Below are positions 1 through 10,300 of a stretch of DNA of 64,000 nucleotides, piece by piece. Position 1 is the first letter of the stretch; every line of letters begins with the position of its first letter. The notes beneath the pieces were generated by a model that had not been told where the DNA came from, did no database searches, and saw nothing but the letters and a program-made list of their open reading frames with translations. The position numbers were made by a program, and so were the translations under genes. The stretch lies in IMG/VR virus record IMGVR_UViG_3300045988_165047; one strand, written 5' to 3'. This stretch comes from a virus.

Positions 1-67
1 CTCTGTCGCCGTTTTCATAGGGTGTTGGGTCTCCGTAGTACTTTTCAAGATACTCTGAGTAAGTCAT
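1..67 (-). CDS. hypothetical protein, N-terminal fragment (gene runs off the left edge)
   Basis: An ATG at 65-67 (minus strand) opens a stop-free frame, MTYSEYLEKYYGDPTPYENGDR..., that reaches position 1. It follows the stop of 90..425 by 22 nt on the common coding strand. No motif recognised. Confidence 0.3.
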   Translation of the reverse strand, partial: MTYSEYLEKYYGDPTPYENGDR

Positions 68-89
68 CAGCTCTGCGTCAATGACTTGT

Positions 90-425
90 CTAGCTTTTAG
101 TTGCAACATAGTTCAATGCTCTCTTATAAATTAGTATTGTGTTAGGGTACTTGTTCTCTTCGGAGAAGATGGCTCCCGATGCTGACCATACTATTGTAGG
201 TACACCTGAGTAAACACACTTCTCTTGTTTTACTTGCAGGACCTCTACGGTTTCATCGCCCTTCTCCCGATAGAAAGCGGACACCCAGTTCCCGTTTTCA
301 ACTCGGTTTGCAGTGCGCTGTCTCCACTCGGGGTAGTGGATGGCTGTCTCCCTAGAGGCTTCCTCTAAGAGGGTTTGCAGAGTTTTAGCAAGCTCCTCTT
401 CTACGTGATTTGTTTCTCTGTTCAT
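90..425 (-). CDS. hypothetical protein
   Basis: 111-aa ORF on the common coding strand, packed 1 nt from the next gene. No recognisable motif. Confidence 0.6.
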   Translation of the reverse strand: MNRETNHVEEELAKTLQTLLEEASRETAIHYPEWRQRTANRVENGNWVSAFYREKGDETVEVLQVKQEKCVYSGVPTIVWSASGAIFSEENKYPNTILIYKRALNYVATKS

Positions 426-426
426 A

Positions 427-687
427 CTATATCATTATGTCTACTGAATAGATTTCGTACTCGTCTAGCGTTGTTTTGTACTCTGGAGTGTGCATATCAT
501 AATACCACTCTGTGAAGAACACCTTATCCTGAGCGGAGTACTTATCACTATCCTCGGGGACGACATTAAAGTACTCCAAAGATACTTCAAATACTTCAAA
601 CTCCTTATGGTACTCAACCTCTTTCGCTGAGCACCCCATGTACTTCGCAAGGACCTCCGCCCTTCGTTCAAGTTCTACCTCGTTCAT
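427..687 (-). CDS. hypothetical protein
   Basis: The track ORF 427..717 starts at a GTG. The first ATG (685-687) overlaps the TGA of the upstream gene as ATGA, so the 86-aa version is preferred. No motif. Confidence 0.55.
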   Translation of the reverse strand: MNEVELERRAEVLAKYMGCSAKEVEYHKEFEVFEVSLEYFNVVPEDSDKYSAQDKVFFTEWYYDMHTPEYKTTLDEYEIYSVDIMI

Positions 688-962
688 TTTGCGTTTCGCC
701 GCTTTAGTAATGCCCACTTATATAGGGCGGACATATTGCCCCCGTCCAAGATTTCGTAACTCTTCACGTCACCGATTGCTTGGAACTCAAACTCGTACCT
801 ATACACCCTAAGAATGAGACTACCTCTAACATAGTCAGTGTAGAACTCATTCTTGGGTGCGGTTTTCTCTCGGAGGTGTCTCCAATACCCGATAACCATC
901 ATCAAGGCTTGCCCAAGAACGATGATTATCATAATGCCGAGACAGACTACTTCTTTACTCAT
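684..962 (-). CDS. small membrane protein
   Basis: 92 aa with an N-terminal hydrophobic helix 'VVCLGIMIIIVLGQALMMVIGYW'. Its ends overlap the neighbouring genes by 4 nt. Confidence 0.5.
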   Translation of the reverse strand: MSKEVVCLGIMIIIVLGQALMMVIGYWRHLREKTAPKNEFYTDYVRGSLILRVYRYEFEFQAIGDVKSYEILDGGNMSALYKWALLKRRNAK

Positions 963-1297
963 ATAGTTGGAATCTTGTTGTAATACTCATTTATGTGTTC
1001 ATCTATGAGCTTCATAACCACGTAAGGGTTTTGGTAGTCCTCTCCACAGATGAAGTTTTGCAAGATAGCCTCCGTGGTCCCGTAAGGCACTTGTTTAAAA
1101 GAAGTGTCCCCTTCCTTCATATAGATGATAGAGCCGTCTACGGCACGTGGGAGCGCTCTTGTTGGTTGATACTCCCCATGCCCCGTAGAGGTTGGAACAC
1201 CCATTACATCTCCAGAGGTCTCATATATGACTACCAAGGAACCTCCCTTAGCCATAACTATGTCACCCTTCCTGGCTACAACTACGTCCTCCTTCAT
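959..1297 (-). CDS. small paralogue-family protein (member 1)
   Basis: 112 aa. The N-terminal 'RKGDIVMAKGGSLVVIYETSGD' and the C-terminal '...EYYNKIPTI' are shared with neighbouring ORFs. It overlaps the next gene by 4 nt. Confidence 0.6.
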   Translation of the reverse strand: MKEDVVVARKGDIVMAKGGSLVVIYETSGDVMGVPTSTGHGEYQPTRALPRAVDGSIIYMKEGDTSFKQVPYGTTEAILQNFICGEDYQNPYVVMKLIDEHINEYYNKIPTI

Positions 1298-1638
1298 ATT
1301 GTAACAGCTCGCTCATACTCCCTAAGTAGTGCCTCGGTAGGTGCGGACCTCTTCCACCTGTACGAAATACCCTTTATAGTCGCTACCTCAGTAATGTACC
1401 GCCTCTGGTCGTCAAACACGACAGGCTTAAAATCCCCAATAGGGGTGTTACCTCTTATTGAGCGAGACACCTCAGAACCCCTTACGGGTAGCGGAGCGAT
1501 TTCATCCCCATCTATTATGTCGTCGGAGGTCTCATACATAATTTCAAGGACACCAGTCTTCACGTGAACTATGTCTCCCTTCTTAAAGAGAATGAATCTT
1601 ACCCCTTTGGGAGACTTCACAACCTTCTTCTCAATCAT
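1294..1638 (-). CDS. small paralogue-family protein (member 2)
   Basis: 114 aa with 'KKGDIVHVKTGVLEIMYETSDD' and the C-terminal 'PTEALLREYERAVTI'. Confidence 0.6.
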   Translation of the reverse strand: MIEKKVVKSPKGVRFILFKKGDIVHVKTGVLEIMYETSDDIIDGDEIAPLPVRGSEVSRSIRGNTPIGDFKPVVFDDQRRYITEVATIKGISYRWKRSAPTEALLREYERAVTI

Positions 1639-2327
1639 ACTGAACTTGCTTCTTCATACCACGTACGTTCTTCCTCTGTGGGGGAAAAGTAGTATATGGT
1701 ACTAACCCCCACAGCCTTTACCCCACTTACAAGCACTTCCTCTATATCCCCAAGGAACGAAGAAGCCTCACACCCATTTACGGGTTCACCATCCAACATA
1801 CTGAGGACCCTACCTGAGTGCTTGCTCTTCACCAATACCAAACTACCCCTTACCAAGGGGAGCTTCTCTGGGGTGTGTGGGTCTATCTTATCGTATAGTT
1901 GGAAAACTCCTCTGTACCACTCCCAAATGTCATCGGGGTTCTTTAAGTAAACCTCCACTCCGAAATGGTCATCAGCCTTAGCTACTTTGTGTGTTGTAGT
2001 CTCCGTTGGAGCACACACCTTTTTATAGGCACTAAGGGTAGCTTCTTTCCTCACAACTGAAAAGTACAGATGCTCCTCACTAAAGGTTAGATGCTCAATA
2101 AAGCGTTTAAGCAACTCGGGAGCTTTGAGCATCCCCTTTTCCGTGCTTATGACAATACTATCGGGTGATGGGATAAGAACGTGCCTCCCGTCACCAATAG
2201 TGTAGTCGCTATTTAAGGAGAACAAGACCTCCGATACTCCACTAATCCTGTGGCGGAGGACAGTCCCCTTCTTAAGAGCTGTTTCAGTGACAGAGAACCC
2301 ATTAGAAATCGAAAAGGGTAATCCCAT
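1635..2327 (-). CDS. paralogue-family protein (member 3, longer)
   Basis: 230 aa with 'LKKGTVLRH...' and 'LVRGSLVLVKSK...' segments and the family C-terminus 'PTEEERTWYEEASSV'. Confidence 0.6.
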   Translation of the reverse strand: MGLPFSISNGFSVTETALKKGTVLRHRISGVSEVLFSLNSDYTIGDGRHVLIPSPDSIVISTEKGMLKAPELLKRFIEHLTFSEEHLYFSVVRKEATLSAYKKVCAPTETTTHKVAKADDHFGVEVYLKNPDDIWEWYRGVFQLYDKIDPHTPEKLPLVRGSLVLVKSKHSGRVLSMLDGEPVNGCEASSFLGDIEEVLVSGVKAVGVSTIYYFSPTEEERTWYEEASSV

Positions 2328-2985
2328 TTACCTTGTTTTTGAAGATGTTGTACGATAGCGTGATGTTCTTGCTCTCCATTTTCAGTGGTGCGCCAAGTAC
2401 TTTGAGGAGTTTGTCTAAGGCTTCTACTACCTTGGTGCAATAGATGCAGTCCTCGGGAGAGTATTTAACCCCTTCACCTAAGTACGAGTCAATCTTACGG
2501 GCTACCTCTCTATCAAAGGTTATAACGTACCCAGCTATGTCACGTGCGGTATAAGTGATACGAGCAACGTGAGCTTCCTCCTTGGTTAGGGGTATGCGGT
2601 TTTTCAGCAAAAGCTCATCATACTGAAATTGGTGTATCATTATATCCTTCTCTATGGAGGAGAGGAACTCCGTGGCATCCCTATGTACCTTTCGGTATAG
2701 GTCCGCCTTCATAACATTGATAGAGTCCCTTTCGTGTTGTGCTATGGCTTCACGGAGTTCACGACTGATAGCTTTCGTCTTCTCTATACGGGCGTAACTA
2801 AGAGCGTCCAAAGCACTACCCAATAGTTGGAAGCACACGTCTATCAGAATTTGGGGAATGTACGTGAAGCGAACCCTCTCCTCCATCGGAACACGTTCGG
2901 CTATGATTCTGTACATTTCACTTTCAGTGAGCCTTTTTACTCCGCCACTCTGAAAAGGTAGGTTAGTTGTAGTCATCTGTTTCAT
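2302..2985 (-). CDS. hypothetical protein
   Basis: 227-aa ORF on the coding strand that interrupts the paralogue array. No motif recognised. Confidence 0.6.
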   Translation of the reverse strand: MKQMTTTNLPFQSGGVKRLTESEMYRIIAERVPMEERVRFTYIPQILIDVCFQLLGSALDALSYARIEKTKAISRELREAIAQHERDSINVMKADLYRKVHRDATEFLSSIEKDIMIHQFQYDELLLKNRIPLTKEEAHVARITYTARDIAGYVITFDREVARKIDSYLGEGVKYSPEDCIYCTKVVEALDKLLKVLGAPLKMESKNITLSYNIFKNKVNGITLFDF

Positions 2986-3254
2986 ATCGTGCAGGCTTCA
3001 TTGTAGAGTTTTAGCTGTTCCTCTGTTGGTTTTCGGGAGTTACCCAAGGTGAAGCATAGCTTCATAGCGTCAGCGTCGCTTACAACATAGACAAAAAGTC
3101 CTGTGTGCCCTATTCGGATAACTGAACCGCCAACAAAACCAATGATGGTCCTTGGGTTTGTGTCGTAGACCCCCTTGGGAACCTCAAACATATAGTCTAT
3201 GGTGTTTACTCTTGCTACGAGTATCTCACCTTTCAGTACTTCTGTTAAACTCAT
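2982..3254 (-). CDS. small paralogue-family protein (member 4)
   Basis: 90 aa with the N-terminal 'LKGEILVARV' and the C-terminal 'PTEEQLKLYNEACTI'. Confidence 0.6.
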   Translation of the reverse strand: MSLTEVLKGEILVARVNTIDYMFEVPKGVYDTNPRTIIGFVGGSVIRIGHTGLFVYVVSDADAMKLCFTLGNSRKPTEEQLKLYNEACTI

Positions 3255-3574
3255 ACTACCTTAGCTGTTTCGTTATACTTAGCGAACTCCTCTTTCGTAG
3301 GAACTCTACACTGCGATAGAATTATCCTAAGAGGGTACTCATCTGGGTACAACTTACTTCCTGATACAGATTGTAGAGACCCCTCTACGTACGTAAGCTC
3401 CTTCTCAAGAAAGTAATTTACCTTGATGCGACAACCTAACTGAAAGAATACCTCCTGTGCGAGACTACCTTCATAGATTAGGACCGACCCTTCCTCTATT
3501 ATTGCCCCTTGTAGGGAACTCAACATCAGTCTTTCACCCGTTTTTGCTACGGGGTCTGTCGTTACTGACTCCAT
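3251..3574 (-). CDS. small paralogue-family protein (member 5)
   Basis: 107 aa with the C-terminal 'PTKEEFAKYNETAKVV'. Confidence 0.6.
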   Translation of the reverse strand: MESVTTDPVAKTGERLMLSSLQGAIIEEGSVLIYEGSLAQEVFFQLGCRIKVNYFLEKELTYVEGSLQSVSGSKLYPDEYPLRIILSQCRVPTKEEFAKYNETAKVV

Positions 3575-3858
3575 TGTCGTATGATTTCTTTTAAGTAGAT
3601 GGTGTCCCCTCCCACACTAACAGCGGTGGATAGTGCTTTTAGCAGGACCTCCATCACGAGGGTTTTTTCAGTAGATGATGATGGCCTTTGAATGTTGTTG
3701 CACCCAAAGGCGTAATGTGGTGTAGTGACCTTTGCGAACATCCTCCAGCAGGTGTCTTGCTTAACACCCCTAACGGATATGCCTATGGTAGCGTTGCTCC
3801 TTTCAAAGAGGAACTCCCCAGCACCCAAGGTGTTGAGGAGTACCACTACGTCCATCAT
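3562..3858 (-). CDS. hypothetical protein
   Basis: 98-aa ORF whose start overlaps the folE stop by 4 nt. No motif. Confidence 0.5.
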   Translation of the reverse strand: MMDVVVLLNTLGAGEFLFERSNATIGISVRGVKQDTCWRMFAKVTTPHYAFGCNNIQRPSSSTEKTLVMEVLLKALSTAVSVGGDTIYLKEIIRQWSQ

Positions 3859-4523
3859 ATTTTGATAGCTTGTAAGAACTCAGCCCTAAGAGGTCCATTA
3901 AAGAATACCCCACCGAGCTTAGAGGTTAGTGTATCACCGCCCTCGTCTTCCTTACCTCTGAAACTAACACAGAAATGTTCCGCCTTGATGACAACGGCAA
4001 CATTCTCAGTCTCTAAGAGATAACTAAGCGTGTGGTAAATCTGCTCTACTAAGCGTTCTTGTACCTGGGGTCTTCGGCAAAAGAACTCCACAACCCTATT
4101 AAGTTTAGAGAGTCCAATTACCTTCCCCTCGGGAATGTACGCTACATAAGCCTGACCACGAATGGGCATCCAATGATGCTCACACATAGACTTCACACTG
4201 ATGCCTCTCTCAAGTACCATACTACCATACTCCATAGAGTTACCGATGGTCATAATCTTGGGGAAGTTTTTGTAGTCCAATCCCCAAAATAATTCAGAGT
4301 GATACATCTTAGCCAATCGGCGAGGTGTCTCCATAAGAGACTCATCTGTTAGGTCCAGACCAAGATTATGGTGCAGTAGGCTGAACAGCTTTTCAGTGTC
4401 TTCTCGTAGAGTATCCTCCTCCTTAATAAGGCGCACCATAGGTGTCTCCACTCCCATAGACTTTAAGTGTTCGTGAACCTCTCTACCTAATGCAAGGTCG
4501 GTTTTGTTTTTGTCTAATGCCAT
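3855..4523 (-). CDS. folE: GTP cyclohydrolase I (FolE)
   Basis: 222 aa. 'CEHHWMPIRGQAYVAYIPEGKVIGLSKLNRVVEFFCRRPQVQERL' matches the FolE active-site block CEHH...VAYIP...GLSK...RPQxQERL nearly residue for residue. Confidence 0.9.
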   Translation of the reverse strand: MALDKNKTDLALGREVHEHLKSMGVETPMVRLIKEEDTLREDTEKLFSLLHHNLGLDLTDESLMETPRRLAKMYHSELFWGLDYKNFPKIMTIGNSMEYGSMVLERGISVKSMCEHHWMPIRGQAYVAYIPEGKVIGLSKLNRVVEFFCRRPQVQERLVEQIYHTLSYLLETENVAVVIKAEHFCVSFRGKEDEGGDTLTSKLGGVFFNGPLRAEFLQAIKI

Positions 4524-4813
4524 TATAAGTTGTTTATTGCTTCAAGGGTTACTTTTAGCTGGTCCTCAGATAAGTGCTTGCCGAGGATAAGTTTCACCTC
4601 ACGCAGAGAGACCTCTCGGTCCTCCAAGCTCTTTCGTGTAGTAAACATTGGGTTGTTGCTACACACATCAAGAGGGTAGGAAACTGCTACCACCTTTGTG
4701 GTATCATAGAAGCGTGCTTCATTCCCGACAATGGCTGCACGAGTACCAGCCTGCACAACCCTACTCCAAGAGTCTCCGTGAATAAGCACCGAGGAGTTTA
4801 TCTGTATCTCCAT
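4523..4813 (-). CDS. hypothetical protein
   Basis: 96-aa ORF sharing 1 nt with the folE start. Its C-terminus 'SEDQLKVTLEAINNL' weakly echoes the paralogue-family tail. Confidence 0.55.
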   Translation of the reverse strand: MEIQINSSVLIHGDSWSRVVQAGTRAAIVGNEARFYDTTKVVAVSYPLDVCSNNPMFTTRKSLEDREVSLREVKLILGKHLSEDQLKVTLEAINNL

Positions 4814-5001
4814 TAGTCACGATGGATGCCTAAATCAATGAGAGCCGTTTCAAGGTCTTCCTTGAATGCTTCGGACGTTAGTTCTCTCATTCGGTTAGCT
4901 ACTCTCTTTACTAGTTTGTCACTGATAAGTTCAGAAGGAACGCCAGCCTCTAAAAGGTCATCCTCTCCGAGGGAAGTTACCACAACCTTTTCACTATTCA
5001 T
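4813..5001 (-). CDS. hypothetical protein
   Basis: 62-aa acidic ORF, translationally coupled on both sides. Confidence 0.5.
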   Translation of the reverse strand: MNSEKVVVTSLGEDDLLEAGVPSELISDKLVKRVANRMRELTSEAFKEDLETALIDLGIHRD

Positions 5002-6202
5002 AGTCTCTAATAGTTATTGCGGAGGGGAAACGAGGTATGCCATCATCGGATAGTCCTTGGTACTGAATGGTGGCTACCTTACCGATAATCTCCTCCTTGT
5101 TTGTAAAGTACTTAGTGCGCAGTTCTCTAGTCCCTTGTGGTTTCACATTGAACCTTCCACCTGCGCATTCACATACAAAGATAGCAGTTCCTTCGTCTCT
5201 ACCTGATGCCTCTACTACATCAACTATTGGGAACTCCTCAGTATCAAACCTTTTCAGCTTGATTAGGTCATTGCTTCGGAACCCAAACTCATAAAGACCT
5301 CGGGTGTTTCGGATGATTGCCCCTTCGTAACCTTGTCCTACGAATTGGTCGTGTTTGTTCTGAACCTCCTCAAGCGTATCAGCGGTATATGTGGGACTAA
5401 GGTACACGATAGAGTCCTCGGAGACCCCCTTGAAGTCCTCACACAAACTCTTCTGTCGTTCAGAGTAGTTAGCACCCTGAATAGGTTTATCATAAACTAC
5501 AAACCTAATTTTAGAGGTGAGTTCAGATACCTTCTTGACCGCAGAGATTATCTCTTGGAACGTAAGCTCCTTGTGGCAGTACAGCTCTCCGTCTAAGGGT
5601 AACTTGTCAAGGTTGTCCTTAGCCCACTTTTCAAGGTGGGGAATTTTATACGGCTTCCCATTACGTGATAGGATATGCACACCCTCGTCATCTGAGAAGA
5701 TAATACAGCGCACGCCATCATACTTGGGCTGTACGAAACAAGGGAACACAATCTTCTGCTGAGAGAAACCACAAGCAAGCATAGGCTTCATTCTCCCATT
5801 TGCGTCAGTGTTGTGTTCTCCCTTTGGAGGTTCATAAGAGAACCCTTTATCGTGCAACCTCTTTACGAGAGACTCTGCGTCAAACACCGCCTTCTCTTCG
5901 GGAGACTTATAGTTGGACTTTCCTTCGTTCACTCCCTCTGTGTAAGCATACCTATCAAAGGTGCTCTTTCCACCGATGGTCATTATCTTCTCAGTCTCCA
6001 AAATAGGAACACCTCCTTGCATATATACACGCACGTAATACGTGCGTACATTTCCATTTTTAGAGAGGGCATAAAGTGGGGGAGAAGAGTACAAGCCACC
6101 ACGGGGCAGAATGGGGTCCTTACACGTAGGCTGTTCCTCCTTGATTGTTGTTCCCTCTAGGGCATCACCCGAGGGGAAAAGTATGGGTATAAGTGTTAGC
6201 AT
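4994..6202 (-). CDS. ATP-dependent DNA ligase
   Basis: 402 aa. It carries the adenylation motif I 'QPKYDGVRC' (KxDG), 'EGAIIRN' (motif IV-like), 'DLIKLKRF' (motif V-like) and a C-terminal OB-like region. Confidence 0.9.
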   Translation of the reverse strand: MLTLIPILFPSGDALEGTTIKEEQPTCKDPILPRGGLYSSPPLYALSKNGNVRTYYVRVYMQGGVPILETEKIMTIGGKSTFDRYAYTEGVNEGKSNYKSPEEKAVFDAESLVKRLHDKGFSYEPPKGEHNTDANGRMKPMLACGFSQQKIVFPCFVQPKYDGVRCIIFSDDEGVHILSRNGKPYKIPHLEKWAKDNLDKLPLDGELYCHKELTFQEIISAVKKVSELTSKIRFVVYDKPIQGANYSERQKSLCEDFKGVSEDSIVYLSPTYTADTLEEVQNKHDQFVGQGYEGAIIRNTRGLYEFGFRSNDLIKLKRFDTEEFPIVDVVEASGRDEGTAIFVCECAGGRFNVKPQGTRELRTKYFTNKEEIIGKVATIQYQGLSDDGIPRFPSAITIRDYE

Positions 6203-6305
6203 ATTCGGTACTTATTTATACTTTAATATACGCATAACTAACGAGAAAAACAAATGGAGCTAAGATTGCTCTTAACCCCATCTGTCGTTCTACTAAAGCA
6301 AACAG

Positions 6306-6803
6306 CTACGCCAATATCGTGGCAAGCGTTAGGTACAAAGAAAGTAACACGCCTAACTCTACAAAGAGTAACCAGCATTTCGGCTTAACTACACACAAAG
6401 ATAAGCATACCCCTAGTACTATGCAAGACAGATACCAATACTCTGTGCTTAAGCACCAAGAGAAGGATGACACACAAGCAACTACTGCCGCACCAAAATG
6501 TACCTCATAGGTTAGGGGCATATTGTAGTTAGGGGCTACCGCTACGAAGATAGTCGCCGCACAAGTTAAGTAGGCAAGGAACTCTGTACCCTCCGAAGAA
6601 GCACCTAGCAGGATGGGCATAATGGTAGCCGCACATACAGCGAGTACTGCTGTGAACAACCAAGCCCCTTTACCCCGCTCTTTATGGTAGTGGTACGTGT
6701 CGGAGATACTAGGAGTTAGCTCCTTAAACACTATGAAGGAGTACACTAAGTACCCGATTAGAAGCCCTAGAGAAGCTAGGACTATGATAAGCTTTACACT
6801 CAT
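6306..6803 (-). CDS. multi-pass membrane protein
   Basis: 165 aa, almost entirely hydrophobic helices ('LIIVLASLGLLIGYLVYSFIVF', 'AWLFTAVLAVCAATIMPILLG', and others). Confidence 0.6.
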   Translation of the reverse strand: MSVKLIIVLASLGLLIGYLVYSFIVFKELTPSISDTYHYHKERGKGAWLFTAVLAVCAATIMPILLGASSEGTEFLAYLTCAATIFVAVAPNYNMPLTYEVHFGAAVVACVSSFSWCLSTEYWYLSCIVLGVCLSLCVVKPKCWLLFVELGVLLSLYLTLATILA

Positions 6804-6824
6804 AATCTCTTTAATTGAATAGAA

Positions 6825-7304
6825 TTAAACCAAATTCTCGTACTTGCTCCAATCAATGGACGCTCTAGCCTGCCACCATTTCTGATAGACCCCCTCCACA
6901 AACTTTAGTGTGGTGAGGTAGAACTCCGTGAACTCCTCAAGCGTTGTAAACTCGTGGAATTGTGGTTCCGTATCTGTACCAAACTTGATAGTCGTAGGAA
7001 GGCTTTTACCTTGGGTCTGATAGGCGATGTCGTAGAGGACCTTGTAGTTCAGTTTATCTTCGTTAGTGAGGTTCACAAACAACCCCTTCCACTCAAAACC
7101 CCGAAGGACCTCATCGTCCGTCATCGTCTTATACCAATCAACCACCACTGCCTTTATCTGGTCAATGGTAGGTTTATAAGGGAGCACCGCTTGAATTAAG
7201 TCGTTTCCGAATACCCAAGAAAGTATCCACTCACCTTTTACCTCGTTATAAGGAAGTAGAGAGGGGGTTGCCCCCTCTACTCCTTTAGTTACTAAGTATT
7301 CCAT
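6825..7304 (-). CDS. hypothetical protein (possible fibre-assembly/chaperone partner of the giant protein)
   Basis: 159 aa. Its ATG shares one nucleotide with the TAA of the giant gene (TAATG). The functional guess is positional only. Confidence 0.55.
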   Translation of the reverse strand: MEYLVTKGVEGATPSLLPYNEVKGEWILSWVFGNDLIQAVLPYKPTIDQIKAVVVDWYKTMTDDEVLRGFEWKGLFVNLTNEDKLNYKVLYDIAYQTQGKSLPTTIKFGTDTEPQFHEFTTLEEFTEFYLTTLKFVEGVYQKWWQARASIDWSKYENLV

Positions 7305-10300
7305 TATAAGAAATCTGTTATGTTAATGAACTCCTGTACACTCTTCACCTCACGGATTTCTCCAGTGAACATAGGTCTTACCGCTTGTTCGGTGTTGGAG
7401 CTTTCTAGGATTTCAAACCATATTAAGCCTTTATCGTGGTGTCTATGTCCTATATAAATAGGAGAATCTGTATCTCCAACGCTCCAAATCTTGGAACCTG
7501 TGGTATAGAACGTAGAATTAGAACCACCTGAGAATTGATATGGTGTAAGACCTATGATGTCCATGTACTTTTCGTGTCTAACTCTAAGTATGTTGGTCTC
7601 GTGGTTACGAACAAACCTCCATAAAGTGGTTTCTCCATTCTCTCTGCGAGCCTTGAAAATGGGGGCATCGCCATTCATGGACACCGAACTTCCTGTAAGA
7701 GCACCCCACCAGCCAGAGTCGAAGTACTCGTACCCCATCGTCTTTAGGGCTTGCTGACCTACCCATTCTCGGGATATACCACTAACCTTCCAGAAACCCC
7801 AATCTCCTGATGTACCATTCTTACGGACGTTATCTGACATACCACTTTCAAGGCATCTTCCCATAAAGTGTGCCCAATTACTCTCGCTCGTAAGTGACCC
7901 ATGGTCCCAGCTCGTTATTGAACCGTCCCTCACATACTTCAAGTTTACTATATTCTTGTACTCCTCATAGGATATTATTTCCATACCCCTACTCGTCATA
8001 AGTGTCTCAAAGCTCTCCCTGTTTCTACCCGTAACGTGTCTATTAGACTGAATAAAATCCTTGAGAACTCCCGAGCCTATCTTCCCATTGACAGAGCATA
8101 GTTTGAAAGCCCCTACAAGTTTCGCCTTATGGCGAACCCAATCAGTCTCTACATCTACTATATTACTCGTATTAGACACTACGGCGTATATGTCGGGAGA
8201 AGTCGCCCTAGGTGCCTGATTAGGTATGGAGAAGTAACACCATTCTGCCCCATCTGGGATGTCAAGTACTACATACATTCCCTCTTCAAAGTACGAAGAA
8301 TTGGTAGAAGGGGAGTAGGACTCTACAACCCCCCCATCTTCTCTTACTATGATTACACCTTCAGCGTTGCCAGATGTTGGAACCCTTACCTTCTTACCTC
8401 CTCGTACTTTAACCCTATAAGCTACTCTTGACGTGTCTTGAACTATGGAGTTTTTAGTAGTGCTTCCGGCCACTACCTTTTGGTTCACAAGCTCATTACC
8501 GCTACTACGAAGTTCTTCAAGAGTGAATTTAGTCGCATCTGGAGCGTCTGGTTTTACCCCGTACGCATAGCAGAAGTACTTCTTCATACTCTTTACGTCA
8601 TTTACCCCCTTGTACCAATACTCTGGCTCATATATCATCAGGTCTCCCTGTGAAAGGTCTACCGCCGCATCGGTACAATTACTCTGTATCTCGTTGTCGT
8701 CATACTTCAAGAAGGTATCTTTTCTAAGACGGCAGATACTCATAACCCCCTTAGACTTTCGCTCCTGCTTAGCTAAACAAGGGAAGCGAGCGTTAAGGAT
8801 AGCCGCAATATGCGCAGAGGGCTTATAGGCATTACCGAACTTATACCCCGTCTTGTTGTCAAGGTTGGAGAGCTTAGCTGGAGTTGCCACCGCATCGTCA
8901 AGCTCAACAACTGTGTACTGAGGCTGACGAATGTTAAGCTCATCAAAGCGTTCTCTGTACTTCTCAAACACAGCTTCGTCAAGGTACTTAGTGAGCTGGT
9001 AATTACCTAGGAGCTTACACTTAGAAACGTTCTCCGTTCCATCAGCGTTGATACCTCCAAGACCCTTAGCATACCAAGCCTCAAGTTCAGACCCGTCACC
9101 CGTAATAGAGCCGATATTGATACGGACATACTTCAAGGAGTTATTACCCGAAAGTATTTCCTTGAGGAGGTCCGTCCCCGATAGCTTGGGGCAATTTTCA
9201 ACTCTAAGACCAACAAGGCGACTAACGTCCCCAAATACAATACCCGCTCTCGTGATGTTTGGTAACGACACAAGAGACAGAGTCTGGTAGTTATTAGGGA
9301 GTTTCACCACCTTGACAGCGGAACTTTCTCCAAAGAGAATAGACGAAAGAGAGTTACACCCACGTGCATCAACCTCTTCAAGTCTAGAGCACCCTGTTAA
9401 GCTAAGTGAAGGAAGGTTCTCATACCCATTAAGAGCGAGCTTTCTGAGCATAGGCAGGTTATCTCTAATGGCGAACTCTGTCAGACCATAGGACTTTCCT
9501 TCCTTACCCATAATCAGTTCCTCAAGAACGGGCATATTGGGGATGTCCAAATTCGTGAAGCCACCCCAATCAGAGAGGTCAAGTTTCGTTATCCACTGCC
9601 CACCATATAGATGGAAGATGGTACCGATATTAGCCACCTGAGTGTAGCGGTACACGAACTCTTCTCCCTTCTGTACCTTCTTATGAACCATAGAGGTTCC
9701 CTCTCTCTTGAACTCAAGATAGAAGTCTCTACCCGTTACGGCACGAATAGTAGCACCTGCTTCGGAGTTACCCTTCCAAGCGATGTCCGTTGCAGTGTAC
9801 TGACCCGTAGCCGCCCAAGCATCAAACAGAGCCATTCGGTTATAGATGAACCACTCTCTGTGCGACTTTCTGTTCCCCTGCATACTTTCAAGGTAGGAGT
9901 ACGTCTGCGTAGTAACTCTCCCGTCACGGATAACAGAGACACCCTTAGTCTTGGGGTCAATGTACTTTCTAAGAGAGTCCACATTGAATACTCGCTCACA
10001 GAAACGCTCACTCTGTTCGTCATTAAACATACGAAGGATGTCCGCATTAGAGAGTTTTGCTCTGATACGGAGATATGCCTTCTTGATTTCATCGGGGAAC
10101 TGCTCACGCAGGTTCTTCCACAGAACACTATCGTGCCCAGCGAAAGCATAGACGGTCTTTCCTCCTACGGACAGCTCTGTGTCAATAGTCTCCTCGTTAA
10201 TGTCCCAATGATAACGAAGTCTCCCGTCATTTCGGACACCTAGGATAGTATCGTTATCATAGAAAATCATATAGGCGAGTACCTTGTCACGCTTAGGCTC

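Noticed and set aside
9611-10243. 210-aa plus-strand ORF, along with other plus-strand ORFs inside the giant gene (for example 12971..13549 and 10901..11350).
   Set aside because: They lie entirely antisense to an uninterrupted minus-strand ORF of more than 2,500 codons with recognisable domains. Their composition is Ser/Leu/Arg-rich, as expected for shadow frames.
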